Sequence record: DRR378314_1411
Strand: one strand, 5' to 3'
DNA: 57,248 bases
Shown: piece by piece, positions 8,373 to 17,346 of the stretch
Layout of the letters: each line of letters begins with the position of its first letter
How positions within the stretch are numbered: position 1 is the first letter of the stretch
Program-made: the position numbers and the translations under genes
Notes under the pieces: generated by a model
What the model saw: the letters and a program-made list of their open reading frames with translations, nothing else
The model's database searches: none
Told to the model about the DNA's origin: nothing

Positions 8373-9653
8373 ATGGCTGTTTTAGAGCATTTAACATCGC
8401 AGCAAGCGATAGAACTGGAAAACAAATACGGAGCGCACAATTATCACCCGTTGCCTGTTGTTTTGAGCAAGGGTGAAGGTGTTTATGTCTGGGATGCGGA
8501 AGGAAAGAAATACTATGATTTTCTCTCCGCTTATTCTGCAGTGAACCAAGGACATTGTCACCCAAAAATTGTGGGTGCCATGGTAGAGCAGGCAAAAAGA
8601 TTGACCTTGACTTCCCGTGCTTTTTATAATGATATGTTGGGGAAGTACGAGAAATTTGCGACCGAAACCTTTGGTTTTGATAAGTTGTTGCCCATGAACA
8701 CTGGGGCGGAGGCCGTTGAGACCGCTTTGAAGATTTGTAGAAGATGGGCATACCAAAAGAAAGGTATACCCGAGAACCAAGCCAAGGTGATTGTTTGTGA
8801 AAACAACTTTCACGGTAGAACGACCACAATAATTTCTTTTTCCAATGATGAAGTGGCACGGGAAAATTATGGTCCTTACACCGAAGGATTTGTAAAAATC
8901 GAGTACGATAATTTGATAGCTTTGGAAAATGCCCTTAAAAGCAATCCGCACGTTGCAGGCTTCTTGGTGGAACCAATACAGGGCGAAGCAGGGGTTTATG
9001 TGCCATCCGAAGGATATTTAAAACAAGCCAAGGCCTTATGCGAAAAATATAATGTGCTTTTTATCGCGGATGAAGTACAGACCGGCATTGCCAGAACGGG
9101 CAGGTTATTGGCAACTTGTGGCAATTGTTCATGTCCAGATAAAAATTGTAGTGGTACACCAGAAGTAAAACCCGATATCCTGATTTTGGGCAAAGCCCTT
9201 TCTGGAGGGGTTTATCCGGTTTCGGGTGTTCTGGCCAACGATGATATTATGGAAGTGATCACCCCAGGAAGTCATGGAAGTACTTTTGGAGGCAATCCTG
9301 TCGCTGCTGCCGTGAGTACGGCTGCTTTGGAGGTGGTGAAAGAAGAGAACTTGGCGCAGAATGCCGAAGAATTGGGGGAATTGTTCCGTGAAGAACTAAA
9401 TAAATTTATCCCAACTTGTGATTTGGTGGTGAAAGTTAGAGGCAAGGGATTGCTCAATGCTATCGTAATCAACGATACCGAAGATAGTTCCACAGCTTGG
9501 GATATTTGTATGGCCTTAAAGGAAAATGGCTTGTTGGCAAAACCAACGCATGGCAATATTATCCGTTTTGCGCCACCTTTGGTGATGAACCGCGAGCAAT
9601 TGATGGATTGTGTATCCATTATTATAAAAACGCTAGAGGGCTTTACCAAATAA
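8373..9653 (+). CDS. rocD: Ornithine--oxo-acid transaminase
   Basis: YGAHNYHPLPVV, LSAYSAVNQGHCHP, FHGRT, EPIQGEAG, ADEVQTG and LGKALSGG (PLP lysine). Confidence 0.97.
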   Translation: MAVLEHLTSQQAIELENKYGAHNYHPLPVVLSKGEGVYVWDAEGKKYYDFLSAYSAVNQGHCHPKIVGAMVEQAKRLTLTSRAFYNDMLGKYEKFATETFGFDKLLPMNTGAEAVETALKICRRWAYQKKGIPENQAKVIVCENNFHGRTTTIISFSNDEVARENYGPYTEGFVKIEYDNLIALENALKSNPHVAGFLVEPIQGEAGVYVPSEGYLKQAKALCEKYNVLFIADEVQTGIARTGRLLATCGNCSCPDKNCSGTPEVKPDILILGKALSGGVYPVSGVLANDDIMEVITPGSHGSTFGGNPVAAAVSTAALEVVKEENLAQNAEELGELFREELNKFIPTCDLVVKVRGKGLLNAIVINDTEDSSTAWDICMALKENGLLAKPTHGNIIRFAPPLVMNREQLMDCVSIIIKTLEGFTK

Positions 9654-9682
9654 GTAGGAAAGATTGATTTTTTATTAAAATA

Positions 9683-9710
9683 AAAATGCGGGTGAATTCA
9701 CCCGCATTTT
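9683..9710. terminator. Bidirectional intrinsic terminator
   Basis: Perfect 28-bp palindrome AAAATGCGGGTGAATTCACCCGCATTTT between convergent genes. Confidence 0.85.
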
Positions 9711-9738
9711 CTTTATGTATCGTTGGAAATAACATCAG

Positions 9739-10257
9739 TTATAAAAACCAATATCCTAATCCCACGGTTAAATAATTTCCTCTAAGTTTTACATCTTCAC
9801 TTCCTGTATATGAGTTGTTCAATTGGAAAGTGTAGCGTGCTTCAACAAAAAAATCTTCTGTAATATCATACCCTATTCCTCCGGCAATATCAAACTCAAA
9901 ACTGCTGATTTCATCTGGGATTTCATCTTCCAGGGAGAAAACCAATTGTGGACCAGCCTGAAGGTTGAATTTTTCTGAAATGGCAAATTTACCTAAAATG
10001 GGAAGGAATAATGCGCTGGCCTCATTTACATTGACATAGAGAAGTTCAGGTTGGATGTTGAAGTTTTCAGCAACCCCAAAATCCGCCGCTGCACCAAAAT
10101 AAAATCCCGATTCGGAATCCGAAATGCTGATTCCTTCCGCTTTTACGCTGCCACGGGCATTAAGATAACCTGCTGTTGCTCCAAACCTAACGTCTTGGGC
10201 TTGTGAGGAACAAACGAACCCCACTACTGCAAGGCCTACAAAAAAAAGTTTTTTCAT
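9739..10257 (-). CDS. Small outer-membrane beta-barrel (porin family / PorT-like) protein
   Basis: Signal peptide; FGATAG, IQPELLY, LQAGPQL and VEARY strands; terminal aromatic strand VGLGYWFL. Confidence 0.85.
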   Translation of the reverse strand: MKKLFFVGLAVVGFVCSSQAQDVRFGATAGYLNARGSVKAEGISISDSESGFYFGAAADFGVAENFNIQPELLYVNVNEASALFLPILGKFAISEKFNLQAGPQLVFSLEDEIPDEISSFEFDIAGGIGYDITEDFFVEARYTFQLNNSYTGSEDVKLRGNYLTVGLGYWFL

Positions 10258-10357
10258 GTTTAATTAAATTTATGTTACGGAGGTAAATATAGCGATATAA
10301 TTAATTGTAAGATTATATCTACAAAAAAGTAATGGGTTGGATTTTGAGAAAAATACT

Positions 10358-11410
10358 TTAACACACAGCGGCTTCCACTAAACGAAGCTGTTTTTTATAA
10401 GCATTGAAGCTTGCTTCAATACCAATGGGAAGGGTTGAGTTTTGGGGAATGTGTCCGAAACTCATCCCATAAACTGCGGGAATTCCCAATGGAGAAATTC
10501 TATCCATAATAACTTCTCTGAGCGTAAAATTCTCGGTGGTTCGTTTGCGATCGCAACCTTTGCATACCCCGAAAATAATTCCCTTGGCCTTGGTAAAACT
10601 TTCAACATTGGCCAGTTGGGTAAGCATACGGTCTATGCGATAGGGAGCTTCCTCAACATCTTCCAACAGTACAAGTTTGTCGGTAAAGTCGATTTCGTAA
10701 GGAGTTCCTATCATAGCGGCCACCAAAGTTAAACTGCCTCCAACGAGTTCGCCCTGTCCAACTCCGGGATTAATGGTGTACCGATAGTATTCGCTGTTTC
10801 GGTATTGTTTTGGATCTTTCAGAATGGCATTTTTGATGGGCAAGGTTTCCTGTGGATCCATCAAAACTTTTTTAAAATAGGCCTGACTGTATTCGTTATC
10901 CAGTGTTTTGCCCACAGGCCCGTGGAAACAAACCAAACCGGTTTTTTGGTAGATTGTGTTGATCAAAGCGGTAATATCGCTAAAACCAATCAATGCCTTT
11001 GGGTTGTTTTCAATGGTATCATAGTCCAATTTATCCAAAATACGGGTGCATCCGTAACCGCCTCGGGCACAAAGTATGGCATCAATATCTGGATTGGTGA
11101 ACATTTCGTTTAAATCCTTTGCCCGCTCTTCATCTGTATTGCTGAAATACCCATGATTACCCTTAATACGATCCGTATAGTAGGTTTTAAAGCCCATTTT
11201 TTGCAATGTATCGACTGCAAGATAAAGCGCTTCGGGTTTTACCGCAAAGCCTGGTGCAACCAAGCCAATGGTGTCCCCTAAATTTAATTTTTTGGGTTTT
11301 ATTTTGGATTTGGGTTTGGAAAAAGATTCATTGCTCCACGCTTTTTGGTGCAAAAGGGTAAGGGCACCTAATGCAGTGGCAGATTTTAAAAAGCTTCTTC
11401 TTTTGGACAT
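10358..11410 (-). CDS. S66 family LD-carboxypeptidase with Tat signal
   Basis: CARGGYG, GFSDITAL (Ser), EDVEE (Glu), SFGH (His); start moved to ATG 11410 giving MSKRRSFLK; TATCTTTG -7 box at 11439-11432. Confidence 0.9.
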   Translation of the reverse strand: MSKRRSFLKSATALGALTLLHQKAWSNESFSKPKSKIKPKKLNLGDTIGLVAPGFAVKPEALYLAVDTLQKMGFKTYYTDRIKGNHGYFSNTDEERAKDLNEMFTNPDIDAILCARGGYGCTRILDKLDYDTIENNPKALIGFSDITALINTIYQKTGLVCFHGPVGKTLDNEYSQAYFKKVLMDPQETLPIKNAILKDPKQYRNSEYYRYTINPGVGQGELVGGSLTLVAAMIGTPYEIDFTDKLVLLEDVEEAPYRIDRMLTQLANVESFTKAKGIIFGVCKGCDRKRTTENFTLREVIMDRISPLGIPAVYGMSFGHIPQNSTLPIGIEASFNAYKKQLRLVEAAVC

Positions 11411-11471
11411 TTGAAAAGGGATTATGCAACGCAAAGATAAACATCCATCAAACCTAAAAGAAAAAGATTAA

Positions 11472-12812
11472 TCAATCACTGTTTCTTTCATCCCTTCGCA
11501 ATTGTCTCTGAATTTTTCGAATGGCCGATTCAATGGATTTTTCAGGCTCTATAATGTTGTATTCACCCCAAAAGTTAGGGTCGGAGAATCCTGAAGCTTC
11601 ATCACTGAGAATAATGGACTCCCTGATTCTTTGACGATATTTGGGTCTTTCGGCCTTAGTGACTTTTTCCCAGTCCGTAATGGCCATTTCAGCGGTCATA
11701 CTGTATTGGGAATTGAACCATTTATCGGCCCAGTCCACTTTAAACTCCATAAAGACACTACTGTAACCGTAGAACCATTTCCCGTCTTTTTCCCGATAAT
11801 CTACCCTATATGCGACTTCGGTTGGCCAAACATCCACTTTGGCAGGCTTTTTTCGAACAAAAAGTTGTGCTGCCAGGTTTCTATCAGTAATGTTCAGGGA
11901 AAAAATGGCTCCTGTCAAAATTTTGTTTTCAACGTCGATATATAGTTCACCTTGGTACAAAGGTTCCAAAATTCCTTCGTATTGATCGAATTTGATTACA
12001 TAGATCAATCTATCGTTTGTTCTGGTGGAGCGGTCAAAAGTGAATTTATAATTGGTCAAATCCTCTTCTGCGAAGATGTATTGTGGATATTTCATCATAT
12101 CGACATACAGCGTGTTGTAAGGTCCTCCTTGTAGTTTGAGTGCAACCGTGTCCAGTTTGCTGTAATCCGTACTCTTTCTTGCTTTATATAGTTCAACGGC
12201 ATCATCTCTTCCAATGCTATAGGGTGTTTTGTACACGTTGACCACGGCCTCGGCCAAAGAGACGTTCTTTCTTCTTCTTTTAATGGTTTCTCTGTAAAAT
12301 GCCGTCATTAAGGTGGGATCCTCAAAGTAATTCTCCCCTCTGTTTTTCAAGGTTTCTTTTACCAGGGCCAACGCGTCTTTTGGTGCATTGATGTTTACCT
12401 CCGACAATTGCGTGGCCGATACTTTCAATGAAATCTCGTTACCTTCCCGCCCAAGGCTGGAAATGGGGATTATTTTGGTTTTATATCCCAAAAAAGAAAC
12501 TACCAGATTTTTATTGATATGCTCTTTGGGCACTTTTAGGAGAAAATTACCTTCCGTATTGGTTATGGTGCTAATATTGGTGCCTTCCACCGTGAGGGTG
12601 GCAAAAACCAAGGACTTATTGCTCGACTCCTCCTTGACCTCTCCACTATATTCATTATAATCCACTCCAGTTTCCTCTTGTTGAAACGACAAAGCTTTGT
12701 TAGGACCAAACATGATCAATCCGACCGCCAAGAGCAAAAGCGCTTGGGATTTTACTTTTAAAATAAATGATGGGGTTCTCAATAACATATGCGCAATTTT
12801 TCTTTTTTCCAT
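11472..12812 (-). CDS. Carboxypeptidase-like regulatory domain-containing protein
   Basis: N-terminal SLVFATL..TITNTEGNFLL..VSFLGY..LSEV pattern; AFYRE motif; start codon uncertain. Confidence 0.8.
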   Translation of the reverse strand: MEKRKIAHMLLRTPSFILKVKSQALLLLAVGLIMFGPNKALSFQQEETGVDYNEYSGEVKEESSNKSLVFATLTVEGTNISTITNTEGNFLLKVPKEHINKNLVVSFLGYKTKIIPISSLGREGNEISLKVSATQLSEVNINAPKDALALVKETLKNRGENYFEDPTLMTAFYRETIKRRRKNVSLAEAVVNVYKTPYSIGRDDAVELYKARKSTDYSKLDTVALKLQGGPYNTLYVDMMKYPQYIFAEEDLTNYKFTFDRSTRTNDRLIYVIKFDQYEGILEPLYQGELYIDVENKILTGAIFSLNITDRNLAAQLFVRKKPAKVDVWPTEVAYRVDYREKDGKWFYGYSSVFMEFKVDWADKWFNSQYSMTAEMAITDWEKVTKAERPKYRQRIRESIILSDEASGFSDPNFWGEYNIIEPEKSIESAIRKIQRQLRRDERNSD

Positions 12813-12907
12813 TTTATTAAATATACAAAAAAATACACATAAGTTTTTCCCTAACTTTAGTTAAAAAGCCCAATAATTCACTATGAATCAGAAAGAAGGG
12901 GTTTGTT

Positions 12908-15355
12908 TTAGTCCACCATAAAGAGCGCATTGGCAAAGAACAACTTACCGTTTTCCCAAAACCCTCTGAACAGGGGATTGTCCACCATATAGATTACCTG
13001 TCCACGACCGTAGCTTTCCACTCCGAAGACCAAGGTCTCCGAAATTCTTTTTTGTGCTTCGGTGCCTGCAAAACCAGAAAATGGCTTGGTGTTTTGTTCC
13101 AGGTACACTGCGTTGCCGTTGTCGAGGTATGCATAAGCACTGCTTCCCAGTTTTAAAGAGAAATAATCGGAACCATAGCCATACGCCAATGGATTGGAGT
13201 TGTCTACTTTGGTTTTAAAGATAGCTCCGGTTATTGCTCCTTTGATACGTTCTCGCTCCCAATCTTTATAGGGTTGGGGTGTATTGTCGCTGGTGTCTTT
13301 TTCCATTTTCTTTTTTTCGATTCCGAATCCTTTTTCGCCGTCAAGTGCATCAATGGAGCCGCCCATGGCAATTATTTTTCCACCTTGCCTAACCCAATCT
13401 TTAAGTTTGGATAGCTGGTCTTCGTTAAAATGATTCCCGTATCGTCCATCTGGTAGAACCAAAATGTTGTACTCGTTCAGGTCCACACGGTTTGCATATT
13501 CGTCATCAATCACGGTGAGCGGATAATGCAATTGCTGCTCAAAAAAGTGCCAGATTTCCCCAAATCTTAAGGTTGAAGTAGGTCCGCCGGAAAGCACGGC
13601 AACTTTGGGTTTGGTGACCATTTGAATGGATGAGGATCCAAAGTCTTTTCCGGTATCTACAAAACCGGTGCTTGTGGGTATAATCTCCTTTTCAAATTTA
13701 GCAGTAATGGTTTGTAGGGTCTGGGTAAAATCGTCTTTATTCTCATTATCACCTTTGGTGATGATCAAAGTACCACGCTCAAAGGATTTGCCTTCAATAC
13801 TGAAAGGGTGGTCTGCTTTACGAACTCGTATGCCTTCATTTAAAAGTGCGGCCAAAAAGCGGGCGTCATCCATACTGTTCCAATCGGTCAGATACGCATA
13901 GCTTCCATTATTTATATTGTAAGAAGTTGTGGTTTCCTGCACATTTTGGGTAGAAACCGAAGATGTGGAAGCCACAGCATCCAACCCGTAGGCATAGGGA
14001 AGCGACCATGCGGTGATATCGTAGGTCAAGGAATCCGAAAGTTTGGCATTGGGCTCGAACAATACCTTTACCAAAGTTCCCTTGGGTTGGTCCGTGGAAA
14101 CCACCATACCATTTTTATTAATGGACAGGTTTCCATTTTCACCAGTTTTATAACTGTGCCCCCTGTAAGAACCACTGGAAAGATTGCCATATTCAATATT
14201 GTGTTTGTCCAAAAGGGATTTAAGGGCGTCCAATTTGTCCCTGTCACCTTTCAGTACATAGCTTTGGTACTTGAATTCTTTATTTTGATGGAACTTTCTG
14301 AATTCCTCGTTTAGTTTCTCTGCGTTTTTGGAAGAAACCTCCACGGTGGAAAGCCCTGTGGTAAAATGATGGGCAATTCTATCTTTTAAGGTAAGGGTAT
14401 CTCCGATTGCAGTTATTACACCAAGACCTGCTCTTCCACTACCGCCCTGCTCGTAGGTCATTCCTATAGAGCCGTTGTAGATGGGGTAGGTATCACCATA
14501 ACTTGGGTACAATAGGTCAAAAACCTCTTTGGTGAAATAGAACCAGCCGTTGGCATCAAAATATTTGGCGTGATTTCTACCAAGGGTAACCTGAAAATCG
14601 CGTTGGAAATCGGTAATCACCTCGTGATAGGGTTCTGCGGCAGGCGCAAAATAGTAGGGGTTGTTTACACCTTGTTCATGAAAATCCACATGGATGTGGG
14701 GCAACCATTGGTTGAACATTTTTAGCCGTTGCTGGCTTTCTACTTGTGTAAGCCATGCCCAATCACGATTAAGGTCGAACATATAGTGGTTGCTACGTCC
14801 GCTCCACCAACCTTCATGGTGTTCCTTGCTATTGGGGTCAACTTGGTAAGGTGTGTTTTTATATTGATTGTACCAGTTACTGTATCTGTCACGCCCATCA
14901 GGATTGATACATGGATCCATAATCACCACAGTATTTTCCAAATAAGAACTTTTTTTGGTCAAAAGTTCGTAAATGGTCTTCATGGAAGCTTCGGTACTTA
15001 CGCTTTCGTTTCCGTGAACATTATAGCTCAACCAAACAATGGCTTTGGAACCACTTCCAGTTCCTTCGGTATCTTTTAAATGCTCTTGTCTGATGGTTTC
15101 CAGATTGGCCAGGTTTTCTGCTGAGGAGACATAGGCCAAAATCAAAGGCCTGCGTTCGTTGGTTTTGCCATAAACGGTAAGTTGTACTCTGTCTGGAGCA
15201 GATTCTGCCAAATATTCGTAATAATCCACCACTTCGTGATGGCGGGTAAACTGTGTTCCGAGATCGTACCCCAAAAATTCTGAAGGGGATTTCAATTGTT
15301 GGGCCGATACGGAAATTGATACTAAAAGAATGAGGGAAAATAAAAATCTGGTCAT
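12908..15355 (-). CDS. M14 zinc carboxypeptidase family protein, secreted
   Basis: VHGNE, NPDGRDR, DLNRDW and DFHEQG motifs; start moved to ATG 15355 (MTRFLFSLILL signal); TAAATTTG -7 box at 15384-15377. Confidence 0.9.
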   Translation of the reverse strand: MTRFLFSLILLVSISVSAQQLKSPSEFLGYDLGTQFTRHHEVVDYYEYLAESAPDRVQLTVYGKTNERRPLILAYVSSAENLANLETIRQEHLKDTEGTGSGSKAIVWLSYNVHGNESVSTEASMKTIYELLTKKSSYLENTVVIMDPCINPDGRDRYSNWYNQYKNTPYQVDPNSKEHHEGWWSGRSNHYMFDLNRDWAWLTQVESQQRLKMFNQWLPHIHVDFHEQGVNNPYYFAPAAEPYHEVITDFQRDFQVTLGRNHAKYFDANGWFYFTKEVFDLLYPSYGDTYPIYNGSIGMTYEQGGSGRAGLGVITAIGDTLTLKDRIAHHFTTGLSTVEVSSKNAEKLNEEFRKFHQNKEFKYQSYVLKGDRDKLDALKSLLDKHNIEYGNLSSGSYRGHSYKTGENGNLSINKNGMVVSTDQPKGTLVKVLFEPNAKLSDSLTYDITAWSLPYAYGLDAVASTSSVSTQNVQETTTSYNINNGSYAYLTDWNSMDDARFLAALLNEGIRVRKADHPFSIEGKSFERGTLIITKGDNENKDDFTQTLQTITAKFEKEIIPTSTGFVDTGKDFGSSSIQMVTKPKVAVLSGGPTSTLRFGEIWHFFEQQLHYPLTVIDDEYANRVDLNEYNILVLPDGRYGNHFNEDQLSKLKDWVRQGGKIIAMGGSIDALDGEKGFGIEKKKMEKDTSDNTPQPYKDWERERIKGAITGAIFKTKVDNSNPLAYGYGSDYFSLKLGSSAYAYLDNGNAVYLEQNTKPFSGFAGTEAQKRISETLVFGVESYGRGQVIYMVDNPLFRGFWENGKLFFANALFMVD

Positions 15356-15512
15356 GCTGGAATTAATTGGTTTTACCAAATTTACTAATAAATTGAAGCT
15401 GAATCCTAATTTTGTAGAGTTACCCCCTAAAAGGATATAAAATTCAATTAACGTATTTTTGGGATGAGAAAAAAAGAAGAGACTTATCTTTGAAAACCTC
15501 ATTGCAGTTTTA

Positions 15513-17117
15513 ATGGAAGTAGAATGTACACCCTTTAAGGAGACCGGTTATTTTTCCCAATTAATTTGTGACTATCTAGATCAGAAAAAAGATTTATCTC
15601 CCTTTTTTAGTAGATATCCTTTGCCCGAAAACTTCGGTGATCAAATCCAAGAAAAGGCCGCAAACTATCCAAAAGCGAATCGAAAAGTCTTGGTCGATGC
15701 TTTAAAGGAGCAATATCAAGGTGTTGAGGTTTCCAAAGGAACCCAGAAAAATATTGATGCGTTGTCCAAGGAGAACACATTTACGGTGGTCACCGGACAT
15801 CAGCTGAATTTGTTTACAGGACCGTTATACTTCCTTTATAAAATTGTTTCAACCATCAATTTGGCCAAACAACTCAATAAGGAACGTCCAAAAAATCGCT
15901 TTGTGCCGGTATATTGGATGGCCACGGAGGACCATGATTTTGATGAGATCAATTATTTTAATCTGCATGGAAAAAAGGTGCTTTGGAACAAAAAAGCATC
16001 TGGAGCGGTAGGTAGGTTATCAACCCAAGGCTTGGAAGAGGTGTTCGAGATATTTTCTGCGGAACTTGGCAATCTTGGGTTGACGGATAACTTGAAAGAG
16101 TTGTTCAAAAAAGCATATTTGGAGCATTCCACCCTTACTGAAGCCACTCGCTACTTGGCCAATGCATTGTTTGCGGACCAAGGATTGGTGATTGTGGACG
16201 GTGATGATAAAAGTTTGAAGGAATTACTTGTCCGTTATGCAAGAATGGATATGCTGGATCATACTCCCTATGAGAAAATATCCGAGACCATTGATGCACT
16301 GGGCGAGACTTCCCCCGACTATAACATTCAAGTGAACCCACGGCAAATCAATTATTTCTACTTAAAAGATGGCCTTCGGGAGCGAATCATCTTGAAAAAG
16401 GGAAAATACCATGTGATCAACACCCATATCGATTTTACCGAGGAAGAACTTTTAAAGGAACTTGACGAGCACCCCGAACGGTTTTCACCCAATGTGGTGG
16501 CACGTCCGTTGTACCAAGAAGTGATCTTACCGAACCTCTGTTACATTGGCGGGGGAGGGGAATTGGCCTATTGGTTGGAACTAAAATCTTATTTTGATGA
16601 GGTTGGGGTAACTTTTCCCATGCTTATGCTTCGTAATTCGGCTTTGCTGATAACGGAAAAACAATCCGAAAAGGTAGCAAAGATGGGCTTGAAAACATCC
16701 CATTTGTTTATGAAACAACATTCGCTCATCAACAAAAAGATACGGGACATTTCCAATATTGATATTGATTTTTCGCCCCAGAAAAAATTGTTGGAAGAGC
16801 AGTTCCAACATATGTACGAACTGGCAGAACAAACGGACAAAAGCTTTTTGGGAGCCGTAAAGGCACAAGAGGTGAAGCAGAAAAAAGGCTTGGACAATTT
16901 GGAAAAACGCTTGTTGCGGGCACAGAAAAGAAAACTCAAAGATCATGTAGTGCGTTTAACTGATCTGCAAAATGAATTGTTTCCCAACCAATCACTTCAG
17001 GAAAGACAATTGAATTTTTCGGAAATATATCTGGAAATGGGGGAAGATTTAATTCCTCTACTGTTAGATACTTTAATTCCGTTTTCTCAAGACTTTATCA
17101 TCATAAAGCACAAATAA
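15513..17117 (+). CDS. bshC: Bacillithiol biosynthesis cysteine-adding enzyme
   Basis: VVTGHQLNLFTGPLY, WMATEDHDFDEIN, FSPNVVARPLYQE, YIGGGGELAYW and LQER; TATCTTTG box at 15485-15492. Confidence 0.95.
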   Translation: MEVECTPFKETGYFSQLICDYLDQKKDLSPFFSRYPLPENFGDQIQEKAANYPKANRKVLVDALKEQYQGVEVSKGTQKNIDALSKENTFTVVTGHQLNLFTGPLYFLYKIVSTINLAKQLNKERPKNRFVPVYWMATEDHDFDEINYFNLHGKKVLWNKKASGAVGRLSTQGLEEVFEIFSAELGNLGLTDNLKELFKKAYLEHSTLTEATRYLANALFADQGLVIVDGDDKSLKELLVRYARMDMLDHTPYEKISETIDALGETSPDYNIQVNPRQINYFYLKDGLRERIILKKGKYHVINTHIDFTEEELLKELDEHPERFSPNVVARPLYQEVILPNLCYIGGGGELAYWLELKSYFDEVGVTFPMLMLRNSALLITEKQSEKVAKMGLKTSHLFMKQHSLINKKIRDISNIDIDFSPQKKLLEEQFQHMYELAEQTDKSFLGAVKAQEVKQKKGLDNLEKRLLRAQKRKLKDHVVRLTDLQNELFPNQSLQERQLNFSEIYLEMGEDLIPLLLDTLIPFSQDFIIIKHK

Positions 17118-17232
17118 TTGGGAGTAATCTTTTAGTGATAATTTAATTTTTCAAATAAAAAATGAAAACCATGGTAGGGTATTTCTATCCATAGTTGTTT
17201 CATAATTGTAAATAGCTATGAAAATTTAAATT

Positions 17233-17309
17233 TTGAGTTGGTTAACTCATATGTTTAGGTTGGTTTTGATTTTATTTTAAAAGCCCCGGAGTGGTTCCCG
17301 GGGCTTTTT
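17233..17309 (+). ncRNA. Candidate GU-rich small RNA or 3'-UTR-derived RNA downstream of bshC (5' end unknown)
   Basis: Hairpin TGAGTT-GGTT-AACTCA; unpaired TGTTTAGGTTGGTTTTG; terminator with AGTGGTTC loop; about 160 nt between the bshC stop and the terminator. Confidence 0.4.
17279..17309. terminator. Intrinsic terminator (bidirectional, stronger U-tract on +)
   Basis: AAAAGCCCCGG-AGTGGTTC-CCGGGGCTTTT followed by TGTTTTTT. Confidence 0.88.
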
Positions 17310-17346
17310 GTTTTTTACAGTTTTATGTTTGTTTAGAGCTTGATTT

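Noticed and set aside
15356-15502. 49-aa extension of the M14 peptidase
   Set aside because: It spans the divergent promoter region; the signal peptide starts at 15355
15513-17117. Bacillithiol gene in a Gram-negative bacterium as a sign of horizontal transfer
   Set aside because: bsh genes are known to be widespread in Bacteroidota
17162-17194. 10-codon ORF MKTMVGYFYP after bshC
   Set aside because: Too short to support without conservation or ribosome-profiling data; it coincides with a hairpin
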